Source: Eledone cirrhosa (taxonomy: Eukaryota). Taken from it: 64,000 nt of DNA. This document shows positions 1 to 15,333 of this stretch, in pieces. Below the pieces are notes generated by a model. That model saw nothing but the letters and a program-made list of their open reading frames with translations, made no database searches and was not told the origin of the DNA. Position 1 is the first letter of the stretch. Every line of letters starts with the position of its first letter. The stretch is from positions 437,348,001 through 437,412,000 of the forward strand of contig OZ024740.1 of the NCBI GenBank assembly GCA_964016885.1. Direction: 5' to 3'. The position numbers were made by a program, and so were the translations under genes.

Positions 1-1663
<1,663 letters not shown>

Positions 1664-2578
1664 ATACAACGGCACAGACTCCGCTACAGCAATGAAGAGG
1701 TGGACCTTCAGGTCTCTACGAAGGTCCGACTTCCACACCGATCTCAAGCTGTGGCACACCGCCCAGGCCTTGCTCTTCCTCTCAACCACATCATCTTTCG
1801 TATTCCCAATCTTTGCTCCTAAATACAGGAAGCCCTCAACCAATTCCAGCGGCTTCCCGCATACATTAGTGATCCCCTCTGACTTCTCAACATTCTCTAC
1901 CAGATATTTTGTTGTAGTCTCATTCATTCTCAGCCCCACACTCATCGACACAGTCTCAACCTCCCGCATCAAATCCTCTGCCTCCTTCACTGTATTTGTC
2001 ACCAAAACTATGTCGTCGGCAAATTCAGCATCCGATACCTTTTTCGCCCTAACTCTCCTGCTCTGAGCCGGTGCTACAGTAAAGCCAGAGTCCTGGTTTT
2101 TCTCCAGTGCAAGGCGCATACAATAGTCCACTACGATGATAAAAAGGTAGGGAGCCAATGTATCTCCCTGTGCTGTTGTATGGGTCCGAGACTTGGACAC
2201 TGACCAAGAAACTCACTCAGATGGTGGATGGGTGCTACACGAGAATGCTGAGGATGGCTCTGAACATTAATCAGTATACACTGAGGAAGAAAAACTCAGA
2301 GCTGTATGGGAGCATCCCAAAAGTCAGCTCAAAAGTGACACAGGAGACTGAGGTTAGCTGGACATGCTCACCGACATCCAGAGTTGACATTGCACTCAGT
2401 GCTCTTGTGGGAGCCCCTACATGGACACACTAGAAGGGGAAGACCAAGGTTAACGTATGTTAATGCCCTAAGGACAGACACTGGTCTGTTGGAGACGCAG
2501 GACATGGCAGCGATAATGAGGGACAGAGACCACTGGAGAGAACTCGTCCATGGATCTCGGGAATTTTACCCGCCTTAG
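1664..2578 (+). mobile_element. RTE-like LINE fragment, 5' part inverted (1664-2170 on - strand; 2169-2578 on + strand)
   Basis: Minus strand encodes QGDTLAPYLF...FADD...FLYLG...AESVPLY; plus strand continues VLLYGSETW...RGRPR...DRDHWR (frameshifted); ends in tagataga. Confidence 0.9.
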
Positions 2579-2613
2579 ATAGATATATATATATAGATAT
2601 ATATATATGTATG

Positions 2614-2658
<45 letters not shown>

Positions 2659-2659
2659 G

Positions 2660-2690
<31 letters not shown>

Positions 2691-2979
2691 GTATATATAT
2701 ATGTATATATATATGTGTATATATATATGTGTATATATATATGTATATATATATATGTATATATATATATGTATATATATATATGTATATATATATATGT
2801 ATATATATATGTATATATATATATGTATATATATATGTATATATATATGTATATATATATGTATATATATATATATATGTATATATATATGTATATATAT
2901 ATATGTATATATATATATGTATATATATATATGTATATATATATATGTATATATATATGTATATATATATATGTATATA

Positions 2980-3036
<57 letters not shown>

Positions 3037-3252
3037 TTATATATATATGTATATATGTATATGTACATATGTATATATATGTATTTATATATATATATGT
3101 ATATATGTATATATATATATGTATATATATATGTATATATATGTATATATATATATATGTATATATATATGTATATATATATATATGTATATATATATGT
3201 ATATATATATATGTATATATATATGTATATATATATGTATATATATATGTAT
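2579..3252. repeat. (TA)n/(TATG) microsatellite
   Basis: Directly visible. Confidence 0.97.
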
Positions 3253-4052
3253 ATCATCATCATCATCATCATCATCATCAGGTTTAGCGTCCGTGTTCCA
3301 CGCTTGCATGGGTTTGGACGGGGGTTTTCCCACTTGAGGCAAGAGTGGTTGTCTTGCTCGCATAGGACTGTCTGGCGGGTTTTCTACAGTTGGATGCCCT
3401 TCCTAACACCAACCACATTTACAGTGTGGGGCTGGGAGGTTTTTACCGTGTTGCCTACACGGCCACATTACAGCGTGGACTGTCTGGCGGGTTTTCTACA
3501 GCTGGATGCCCTTCCTAACACCAACCACATTTACAGTGTGGGGCTGGGAGGTTTTTACCGTGTTGCCTACACGGCCACATTTACAGCGTGGACTGTGTGT
3601 TTTTTGTCGTGACACCTACACGATCTCATTTGTTTCGGCCTGGATGTTGTGGGACCAACATAACTTTACATTGAAAGGGGCGGTGTGGGTGGGGTGGAGG
3701 TGGTGGGACGGGGGTGTGTTTTGATAGAGGTGCCTACTGACTGTAGTAGGTTTTTACTTTGTATTTAGGTAAGGCGGGTCTTCTCTATTACTGAGTACCG
3801 CCAAAGGTCTCGGTCCAGTGACATTGTCTTGGAGAGGTGTAAGCGTGTGAGGTCGGAATTTATCAGCTCGTTCCATGTTTTTCTGGGTCTGCCTACTCCG
3901 TGGCTACCGTCTATCTTTATTGCCCTGCACTTTGTTATACAGCTGTCGTCTTTCATGCGCATCACGTGACCGTACCAACGTAGCCTTCTCTCGAGTAAAC
4001 AACATCTGATCCCTCTTATTTCTAATTTTTTCCTTAGTTCGTTTATGCTTTT
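3253..4052 (-). mobile_element. RTE family A, 5'-truncated 3' end with a 112-bp tandem duplication in the 3' UTR
   Basis: Encodes ...[11 protein letters not shown]...GRPRKTW...DRDLWR; near-identical to the end of 43045-45950; (ATG)n tail. Confidence 0.95.
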
Positions 4053-4200
4053 ATATATATATATATATGTATATATATATGTATATATATATATGTATAT
4101 ATATATGTATATATATATGTATATATATATGTATATATATATGTATATATATATGTATATATATATGTATATATATATATGTATATATGTATATATATAC

Positions 4201-4232
<32 letters not shown>

Positions 4233-4443
4233 GTATATATGTATATATATACATATATATATATATATATGTATATATGTATATATATATGTATATATAT
4301 ATATGTATATATATGTATATATATATATATATATGTGTATATATATGTATATATATATATATATATATAAATGTATGTATATATATGTATATATATATAT
4401 ATATGTATATATATATGTATATATATGTATGTATATATATATG

Positions 4444-4498
<55 letters not shown>

Positions 4499-4970
4499 GT
4501 ATATATATGTATATATATGTATATATATGTATATATATGTATATATATATGTATATATATATGTATATATATGTATATATATATGTATATATATGTGTAT
4601 ATATATGTATATATATATGTATATATATGTGTATATATATGTATATATATATATATGTATATATATGTATATATATGTATATATATGTATATATATATGT
4701 ATATATATGTGTATATATATGTGTATATATATATGTGTATATATATGTGTATATATATATGTATATGTATATATGTATATATATGTGTATATATATATGT
4801 ATATATATATATATGTATATATATATGTATATATATATATGTATATATATATATATGTATATATATATATGTATATATATATATGTATATATATATGTAT
4901 ATATATATATGTATATATATATATATGTATATATATATATGTATATATATATGTATATATATATATATAT
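4053..4970. repeat. (TA)n/(TATG) microsatellite
   Basis: Directly visible. Confidence 0.97.
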
Positions 4971-5275
4971 GAATTGAAACAAAATGAAAACGAAATTTCA
5001 TTTCTCACTCTTAGTATGGCACTTACTTAAATGTAAGTATGCATGTATACGTACATACATATATGTATACAGACGTACAGTAGCATGCACATATATATAT
5101 ATATACATATATACATACATATGCATACAGGTACACATACATATATGCACGTATCAGTTTAGCGGCGCTTATTATAACGTCGCTTTGTTCGTTTGTAAAC
5201 AAACTGAACAGCCTGAATTTATGCCATACGGTGTTAAGGCAACCACGTCACCTTTTTGTTCAACACTGACACAGG

Positions 5276-5320
5276 AACGATGTACTAGTTTCAAGCTTGT
5301 TAGCTATCATCAGCACCGTT
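5276..5320 (-). ncRNA. Minimal type I hammerhead ribozyme motif, copy 1
   Basis: aacggtg-CUGAUGA-uagcu-aaca-agcuu-GAAAC-ua-GUA-caucguu: 7-bp stem I, 4-bp stem II, palindromic ACUAGU stem III. Confidence 0.8.
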
Positions 5321-5560
5321 TACCCATCTGCCAGATAGTTGAACGTTCGAAAGTATATACTTTCCTTATGAAAATTAACGGCTGAGCAGCCTAATTTGCA
5401 TATTGAGTGAGTTAAATCGGTCAGGCATACCGAAAACGATAAATTGAAACAAAATGAAAACGAAATTTCATTTCTCACTCTTAGTATGGCACTTACTTAA
5501 ATGTAAGTATGCATGTATACGTACATACATATATGTATACAGACGTACAGTAGCATGCAC

Positions 5561-5593
<33 letters not shown>

Positions 5594-5751
5594 TACATAC
5601 ATATGCATACAGGTACACATACATATATGCACGTATCAGTTTAGCGGCGCTAACGTCGCTTTGTTCGTTTGTAAACAAACTGAACAGCCTGAATTTATGC
5701 CATACGGTGTTAAGGCAACCACGTCACCTTTTTGTTCAACACTGACACAGG

Positions 5752-5796
5752 AACGATGTACTAGTTTCAAGCTTGTTAGCTATCATCAGCACCGTT
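5752..5796 (-). ncRNA. Minimal type I hammerhead ribozyme motif, copy 2
   Basis: Identical to 5276-5320. Confidence 0.8.
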
Positions 5797-5944
5797 TACC
5801 CATCTGCCAGATAGTTGAACGTTCGAAAGTATATACTTTCCTTATGTACCTGTATGCATATACACACAGATATGTACATATATACACACATATATACATA
5901 TACATATATACATACATATACATACATATATATATACATATATA

Positions 5945-6168
5945 TAGGAGGAGGTTATAGTTCACTTGAAGCATTTTGTAATGAGGTATAAACGTTTGTA
6001 TATGTATAATAAAGCCAAAACAATGCAGGTATGGACATAGTATAAAGAATGCAAAAGATATTGTTGACAATTAGTCTTTTACCTTAGATTTATTTAAATG
6101 TCCTTAATTTTCAAGATAATATCTCTTCTTCGGAGGGAAGTAAAGTGGTTAAACCAGTGTTCTAAATA
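5945..6168 (-). mobile_element. Penelope-like terminal-repeat fragment with degenerate minimal hammerhead (6101-6136)
   Basis: cct-CCGAAGA-a-gagau-auu-aucuu-GAAA-auua-agg followed by AATAAA; U4>C in the core. Confidence 0.45.
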
Positions 6169-6193
6169 CATATATATATATATATACACACCC

Positions 6194-6228
<35 letters not shown>

Positions 6229-6255
6229 CATACATATACATATATACACATACAA

Positions 6256-6538
6256 ATAACTTTGAATAACTTTGAAATGTTTTGGCCAGTATTGGCCCAG
6301 GCCATGTCTAACTTAATGGCGCCGCCTGGCGAAGGCTTTCAATTCAGGATTTGGGCACCATGGCCCATTCGAGAAGAGAATAACTGTTTGCGGAGACATA
6401 TCCGGGTGTGGGTGGTTTGTCCGGGATTACTTGGAGGAATTTGTCCAAAGAGTTCTTGAATTTTGTGTAGTCAGTTTCTGTTTTGACGTGTCCTGGTGTG
6501 ATGTTGAAGAGAGCAGGGCCAATTGAGGTGAAATACAC
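6256..6538 (-). mobile_element. CR1/L2-group LINE 3' fragment
   Basis: GPALFN...[16 protein letters not shown]...NSYSLLEW C-terminus; (TTCAAAGTTA)2 tail; 3' piece recurs at ~21990-22025. Confidence 0.75.
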
Positions 6539-6964
6539 AAATATATATATAGGTATGTAAATATATATGTATATATATAGGTATGTAAATATATATGTAT
6601 ATATATATAGGTATGTATATATATGTTTATGTTTGTATATATATTTGTATATGTATATATATATAGGTATGTATATATATGTTTATGTTTGTATATATAT
6701 TTGTATATGTATATATATTTGTATATATGTATATATTTATATATATATATATGTATATATTTATATATATATATATGTATATATTTATATATGTATATGT
6801 ATATATTTGTATATATATGTATATATATTTGTATATATATATTAGTATATATATTATAGGTATGTATATATATATATATATATATTATACGTATGTATAT
6901 ATATATATTATAGGTATGTATATAGAGGTATGTATATATATATATAGGTATGTATATATATATG

Positions 6965-6997
<33 letters not shown>

Positions 6998-7218
6998 GTA
7001 AATAAATATATATATGTATGTATATATCATCATCCTCATCATCAACGTTTAACGTCCGTGTTCCACGCTTGCATGGGTTTGGACGGGGGTTTTCCCACTT
7101 GAGGCAAGAGTGATTGTCTTGCTCGCATAGGACTGTCTTCCAGGTTTTCTACAGCTGGATGCCCTTCCTAACACCAACCACATTTACAGCGTGGACTGTG
7201 TATATGTAAATAAATACA

Positions 7219-7260
<42 letters not shown>

Positions 7261-8969
7261 TATGTATATATATATAGGTATGTAAATATATATGTATATA
7301 TATAGGTATGTAGATATATATGTATATATATAGAGGTATGTAAATATATATGTATATATATAGGTATGTAGATATATATGTATATATATAGAGGTATGTA
7401 AATATATATGTATATATATAGAGGTATGTAAATATATATGTATATATATAGGTATGTAGATATATATGTATATATATAGAGGTATGTAAATATATATGTA
7501 TATATATAGAGGTATGTAAATATATATGTATATATATAGAGGTATGTAAATATATATGTATATATATAGAGGTATGTAAATATATATGTATATATATAGA
7601 GGTATGTAAATATATATGTATATATATAGATATGTAAATATATATATGTATATATATATATAGGTATGTATATATATATAGGTATGTATATATATATATA
7701 TATATATATTATAGGTATGTAAATATATATGTGTATATATATAGGTATGTAAATATATATGTATATATATATATAGGTATGTAAATATATATGTATATAT
7801 ATATAGGTATGTAAATATATATGTATATATATATATATAGGTATGTAAATATATAGGTATGTATATATACATATATATTTATATATATTATAGGTATGTA
7901 TATATATAAAGATGTATATATTTGTATATATATTTATGTATGTATATGTATTTGTATATATATGTTTATATGTATGTATATATATTTGTATATATATATG
8001 TGTATATATGTTTGTATATATATATATATTTATGTATGTATATATATGTATATATATATTTTTGTACGTATATGTTTGTATATATATTTGTATATATATA
8101 TGTGTATATATGTTTGTATATATATATATATTTATGTATGTATATATATGTATATATATATTTTTGTACGTATATGTATGTATATATATTTGTACGTATA
8201 TCTATGTATATATATTTGTATGTACGTATATTTGTATTATATATATACATATATATATATATTATAGTTATGTATATATAAATATGTATATAATTGTATA
8301 TATATTTGTATATATATGTTTATATATATGTATATATATTTGTATATATATATGTATATATGTATATATATATATGTATATATGTATATATATATTATGT
8401 ATATATATATATTTATGTATGTATATATATGTGTATGTATGTATATATATATGTATATATATATGTATATATATGTATGTATATATATATGTATATTTAT
8501 ATATTTATGTATGTATATATATTTGTACGTATATGTATATATATATTTGTATGTATATATATATTTGTATTATATATATACATATATATATATTATAGGT
8601 ATGTATATATATAAATATGTATATATTTGTACATATATTTATGTATGTGTATATATTTGTATATATATATTTATATGTACGTATATTTATTTGTATATAT
8701 ATGTTTATGATTGTATATATATGTTTATATGTATGTATATATGTTTGTATATATATGTTTATATGTATGTATATATATTTGTATATGTATATATGTATAT
8801 ATGTATATATGTATATATACTTATATGTATATATGTATGTATATATATTTATATGTATATATGTATGTATATATATTTGTATATATATATGTATGTATAT
8901 ATATTTGTATGTATGTATATATATATATATGTATATATATATAATTATGTATATAAATATATATGTATG

Positions 8970-9002
<33 letters not shown>

Positions 9003-9003
9003 G

Positions 9004-9040
<37 letters not shown>

Positions 9041-9048
9041 GTATGTAT

Positions 9049-9082
<34 letters not shown>

Positions 9083-9090
9083 GTATGTAT
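6539..9090. repeat. Degenerate TA-rich micro/minisatellite (includes a ~28-bp unit at 7240-7860), interrupted by an RTE tail
   Basis: Directly visible. Confidence 0.95.
7027..7200 (-). mobile_element. RTE family A 3' UTR fragment
   Basis: Matches 45750-45950 with an internal deletion; (ATG)n tail. Confidence 0.9.
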
Positions 9091-9505
9091 GAGATGACCC
9101 CCTAGCCTTTGTCAAGGCAGAATTCTAGGAGAAGGAAAACTCTGATATAACACCTGCAACCCTGATGGTATCCAATGATGTTTAATTGTTCTTCTTTTTG
9201 GTAAATATCATCTTGGTTAAGAGAGTGGGACTGGCTTTGTGCAGTGCCTTTGCTCACTATAAAAGCTTCACGCACAGGCATTGCTTTATATCTGGAGATC
9301 TCTCTGCACTTGTCGTCACATGGTACCATGGGCCCAGCACTATGCCAGCACTATGTATCAATAATTGTCACAAGTGTAGTGTTTGTACCAGAGTTTTCAA
9401 GTCACTGGCTGGACTAAAAAGTCACACTCGTTCAGCGCATCGGTAGGGGTTCTCCTACATGGATATAAAGTAGTGGCCGTACTCGAAAACGAGTTGGCAG
9501 CCACC
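9091..9505 (+). mobile_element. Bipartite non-autonomous RTE-derived element, 5'-truncated copy
   Basis: Near-identical to 19557-19962; RTE-5'UTR-like ggagaaggaaaactctgat joined to a C2H2 finger remnant [22 protein letters not shown]; (ATGT)n tail. Confidence 0.7.
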
Positions 9506-9669
9506 ATGTATGTATATATATATATATATGTATGTATATATGTATGTATGTATATATATATATATGTATGTATGTATATGTATGTATATATATGTATGTA
9601 TGTATGTATGTATATGTATGTATGTATGTATGTATATATGTATGTATGTATATATGTATGTATGTATAT

Positions 9670-9703
<34 letters not shown>

Positions 9704-10095
9704 GTATATATATATATATATACATATGTATGTATGTATATGTATATATATGTATGTATGTATATGTGTATATATATATGTATGTATATGTATATATATT
9801 ATATGTATGTATGTATATATATATATATGAATGTATATATATATATATGTATGTATGTATATGTATGTATATATATATATGTATGTATATATATATATAT
9901 GTATGTATATATATATATATGTATGTATATATATATATATGTATGTATATATATATATATGTATGTATATATATATATATGTATGTATATATATATATGT
10001 ATGTATGTATATATATATATGTATGTATGTATATATATATATGTATGTATGTATATATATATATGTATGTATGTATGTATATATATGTATGTATG

Positions 10096-10136
<41 letters not shown>

Positions 10137-10371
10137 TTATATATGTATGTATATTTATATATGTATGTATATATATATATATATATGTATGTATATTTAT
10201 ATATGTATGTATATTTATATATGTATGTATATTTATGTATGTATATATGTATGTATATATATATGTATGTATATATATATGTATGTATATATATATATAT
10301 ATGTATGTATATATATATATATATGTATGTATATATATATATGTATGTATATATATATATATATATGTATG

Positions 10372-10402
<31 letters not shown>

Positions 10403-10603
10403 ATATATATATGTATGTATATATATATATATATGTATGTATATATATATATATGTATGTATATATATATGTATGTATATATATATATATATGTATGTAT
10501 ATATATATATGTATGTATGTATATATATATATATATATGTATGTATATATATATATATGTATGTATATATATATATATGTATGTATATATATATATATGT
10601 ATG

Positions 10604-10650
<47 letters not shown>

Positions 10651-10895
10651 ATATATATATATATGTATGTATGTATGTATATATGTATGTATGTATATAT
10701 ATATGTATGTATGTATATATATATATGTATGTATATATATATATATGTATGTATATATATATGTATGTATATATATATGTATGTATATATATATATGTAT
10801 GTATATATATATATATGTATGTATATATATATGTATGTATATATATATATATGTATGTATATATATATGTATATATATAAATATATATATGTATG

Positions 10896-10926
<31 letters not shown>

Positions 10927-11415
10927 ATATATATATATATGTGTATATATATATGTATGTATATATATATATATATAATTATGTATGTATGTATATATAT
11001 ATTTATGTATGTATGTATATATATTTATGTATGTATGTATGTATATATATTTATGTATGTATGTATATATATATATGTATGTATATGTATGTATGTATGT
11101 ATATATATGTATATATATATATATTTATGTATGTATATATATTTGTATATATTTATATATGTACATATATATATATTTATGTATGTATATATATTTGTAT
11201 ATATTTATATATATATGTATATATATATTTATGTATGTATATATATTTGTATATATTTATAAATATATGTATATATATATTTATGTATGTATATATATTT
11301 TTGTATATATTTATATATATATGTATATATATATTTATGTATGTATATATATTTGTATATATTTATAAATATATGTATATATATATATATATATTTATGT
11401 ATGTATATATATTTT

Positions 11416-11455
<40 letters not shown>

Positions 11456-11511
11456 TATGAATGTATATATATATATATATTTATGAATGTATATATATAT
11501 ATATATTTATG

Positions 11512-11552
<41 letters not shown>

Positions 11553-11780
11553 GTATGTATAGACATTGCATCCTTTAAGGCCTCCATGCTTCCCGAGATC
11601 CGCCAACACTACAGCTAACACATACAAACATGTACTTCCCTGGCATTTGTGTATTATTCTATGTACTATATTGACGAGTTGTAGTGCACCTGAGCACTTT
11701 ACACAATAATTTCATTATTATTATTATTATTATATATATATGTATATATATATATATATTTATTTATGTATATATATTTT

Positions 11781-11813
<33 letters not shown>

Positions 11814-12066
11814 TTATGTATATATATATATATTTATGTATATATATATATTTATGTATATATATATATATATTTATGTATATATATATATATTTATGTA
11901 TGTAGATATATTTTTATATATATATATGTATATATATATATATTTATGTATGTATATATATTTTTATATATATATGTATATATATATATATTTATGTATG
12001 TATATATATTTTTAAATATATATGTATATATATATATATTTATGTATGTATATATATTTTTATATA

Positions 12067-12097
<31 letters not shown>

Positions 12098-12166
12098 TTA
12101 TGTATGTATATATATTTTTATATATATATGTATATATATATATATTTATGTATGTATATATATTTG

Positions 12167-12199
<33 letters not shown>

Positions 12200-12210
12200 A
12201 TATATATTTG

Positions 12211-12245
<35 letters not shown>

Positions 12246-12256
12246 ATATATATTTG

Positions 12257-12287
<31 letters not shown>

Positions 12288-12398
12288 TTATGTATGTATA
12301 TATATTTGTATATATATATATTTATGTATGTATATATATTTGTATATATATATATTTATGTATGTATATATATTTGTATAAATATATATTTATGTATG
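9506..12398. repeat. (ATGT)n/(TA)n microsatellite array, interrupted by a CR1 tail
   Basis: Directly visible. Confidence 0.95.
11561..11733 (+). mobile_element. CR1-like LINE 3' end
   Basis: Matches the reverse complement of 16641-16845 (gacgagttgtagtgcacctgagcac); (ATT)n tail. Confidence 0.8.
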
Positions 12399-12848
12399 TA
12401 TGCTGCATGGTAGTGAGACATGGGCAGCAACTGCAGAGGATATGCGACGACTGGAGAGAAATGAGGCAAGCATGCTCCGTTGGATGTGCAGCGTAAATGT
12501 GCGTGAACGACACAGCATAAATGTGTTGAGAGAGGAACTGTGTCTGAGAGGGATAGAATGTAGTGTACGGGAGAGGAGACTGAGGTGGTATGGACATGTG
12601 ATGCGCATTGAAGATGACCGATGGGTGAAGAAGTGCCAGGAATTGCCATTTGAGAAAAAACGTGGTAGAGGTAGACCACGAAAAACATGGGCGGAGGTGG
12701 TGAGAACAGACCTCAGATCATTGAAGCTCACGGTGGAGATGACAAGGGACCGTGACGAGTGGAGAGATGCTGTGCTGAATAAGACCCGTCCCACCCTTGC
12801 AAGCAGGGAAAAGCGGACGTAAAATGATGATAAATGATGATGATGATG
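12399..12848 (+). mobile_element. RTE family B 3' fragment with essentially no 3' UTR
   Basis: MLHGSETW...RRLRWYGHV...RGRPRKTW; the stop codon runs straight into the (ATG)n tail. Confidence 0.92.
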
Positions 12849-13332
12849 TATATATATTTGTATGTATATGTGTATATATATATATATTTGTGTGTATATA
12901 TATATATATATGTGTGTGTATATATATATATTATGTATATATATATATATTTACGTATATATATAAATATATATATATATATATCTACACATATATATAT
13001 ACATACACATATATATATTTACGTATATATATATATATGTGTATTTATATATTTATGTATATATATATATATTTATGTATATATATATGATGATGATGAT
13101 GATATATGTTTATGTATTTATATATATATATATTCATGTATGGATATATATATTTATTTATGTATATATATGTGTATATGTATATATATATATATGTGTA
13201 TGTATGTATATATATGTGTATGTATGTATATATATGTGTATGTATGTATATATATGTGTACATATATGTGTATATATATATATATATATATTTATGTATA
13301 TATTTATGTATATATATATGTATATATTTATG

Positions 13333-13364
<32 letters not shown>

Positions 13365-13470
13365 TGCCAAACCCATGTAAGCGTGGAACATGGAGGTTAA
13401 ACGATGATGATGATGATGATGTATATATATATGTATATATTTATGTGTATATATAGTTATGTATATATAA

Positions 13471-13506
<36 letters not shown>

Positions 13507-13624
13507 GTATATATTTATGTATCTATATATTTATGTATATATATATATGCATATATATGTATATATATGCATATATATAAATGTATATATTTATGTATAT
13601 ATATTTGTATATATATGTATTTAT

Positions 13625-13937
13625 GCACATGGCTGTGGTTAGAGCATTGGCCTTGCAATCGAAAGGTTGTGAGTGCAATTCTCAGACCGGGTGATGTGTT
13701 ATTTCCTTGAGCAAGACACTTTATTTCACGTTGCTCCAGTTTATTCAGCTGTAGAAATGAGATTATAGGGACTGGGATCCCTATCATTCCACTTTAAAGT
13801 GGTCGTGAAGGTGCCACGGCAAAAAAGCAAATGAGGTTGGTGTTAGGAAGGGCATCCAGCTGTAGAAATCAAGCCAAAATCAGTTCCCGTCCTACCCTTG
13901 CAATCAGGGAAAAGTGGACTTAGAATGAAATGATGAT
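13625..13937 (+). mobile_element. tRNA-head SINE, Deu/Nin-like core, RTE-B-type tail
   Basis: A box (tggctgtggttag) and B-box-like sequence; core ccttgagcaagacacttt...ctcagctgtagaaatgag; tail cccttgcaa..gggaaaagtggac. Confidence 0.8.
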
Positions 13938-14477
13938 ATATTTATGTATGTATATATATTTGTATATATATATTTACACATATATATATGTATATATATT
14001 TGTGTGTATCAAATATATATTTTTGTGTATCATCATCATCCTCATCTTCGTTTAACGTCCATTTTCCACGCTAGCGTGAGTTATATATATATGTATATAT
14101 ATTTGTGTATATATAAATATGTATATATATATGTGTATATATGTATATGTATATATATTTGTGTATATATGTATATATATTTGTATATATGTATATATAT
14201 TTGTATATATGTATATATATTTGTATATATGTATATATATTTGTATATATGTATATATATTTGTATATATGTATATATATTTGTATAAATAGGAAAAGAC
14301 CCCGAGGGCTGAGCTCTGGCCGTTTCGACAGCGAGGTGTGAATGGTTTAGACCAACCCACCCACTACCCCAAGTATCGAGTAATTTAGTGCCTTATGTTC
14401 CAGCTGGTTACTTATCACACTTCCTTCGTTATAAATATGTATATATAAATATGTGTGTGTGTATATATATATATTGT

Positions 14478-15052
14478 ATCATCATCATCATCATCATCAT
14501 CATCAGGTTTAGCGTCCGTGTTCCACGCTTGCATGGGTTTGGACGTGGGGTTTTCCCACTTGAGGCAAGAGTGGTTGTCTTGCTCGCATAGGACTGTCTG
14601 GCGGGTTTTCTACAGTTGGATGCCCTTCCTAACACCAACCACATTTACAGTGTGGGGCTGGCAGGTTTTTACCGTGTTGCCTACACGGCCACATTACAGC
14701 GTGGACTGTCTGGCGGGTTTTCTACAGCTGGATGCCCTTCCTAACACCAACCACATTTACAGTGTGGGGCTGGGAGGTTTTTACCGTGTTGCCTACACGG
14801 CCACATTTACAGCGTGGACTGTGTGTTTTTTGTTGTGACACCTACACGATCTCATTTGTTTCGGCCTGGATGTTGTGGGACCAACATAACTGTACATTGA
14901 AAGGGGCGGTGTGGATGGGGTGGAGGTGGTGGGACGGGGGGGTGTTTTGATAGAGATGCCTACTGACTGTAGTAGGTTTTTACTTTGTATTTAGGTAAGG
15001 CGGGTCTTCTCTATTACTGAGTACCGCCAAAGGTCTCGGTCCAGTGACATTG
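14478..15052 (-). mobile_element. RTE family A 3' end with the same 112-bp UTR duplication as 3253-4052
   Basis: Near-identical to 3253-3826. Confidence 0.95.
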
Positions 15053-15066
15053 TATATATATATATA

Positions 15067-15333
15067 TGTTTCTGTGTGTGTCAGAAACAAGATGGCGTAG
15101 GACAGAACAAAGGAGAGGCACAAAAACAAAGAAAAGAATCCCCAGTCACTGAAGAGATCACAGAATGTGTGACGAAAGAACTTTGACAATATATAAACAA
15201 CCATCTGGTTGTGGAACCAACCAACCGGAAATTTATAAATTCCTAAATTTATAAATTTATTATAATAAATTGAAGTGAAAGCAACTGGTGCGTGTGTTTC
15301 TTATTGGTAACAGGACCCTCCCAAAGTATAACA
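15067..15333 (+). mobile_element. 267-bp TGTT...AACA-bounded LTR-like unit with hammerhead motif (15145-15187)
   Basis: gtca-CUGAAGA-gaucaca-gaaug-ugugac-GAAAG-aa-CUU-ugac; downstream AATAAA; flanked by ATATA on both sides. Confidence 0.55.

Larger units (their letters stand above)
4972..5845 (-). mobile_element. Tandem ~470-476 bp repeat (1.85 units), each unit with a minimal hammerhead; retrozyme-like or Penelope pseudo-LTR tandem
   Basis: Units start at 4972 and 5442 and are near-identical apart from TA-run length and a 6-bp indel. Confidence 0.8.

Noticed and set aside
4984-5960. Duplicated ORF starting [10 protein letters not shown]
   Set aside because: Runs through a microsatellite, has no recognisable domain and is antisense to the hammerheads
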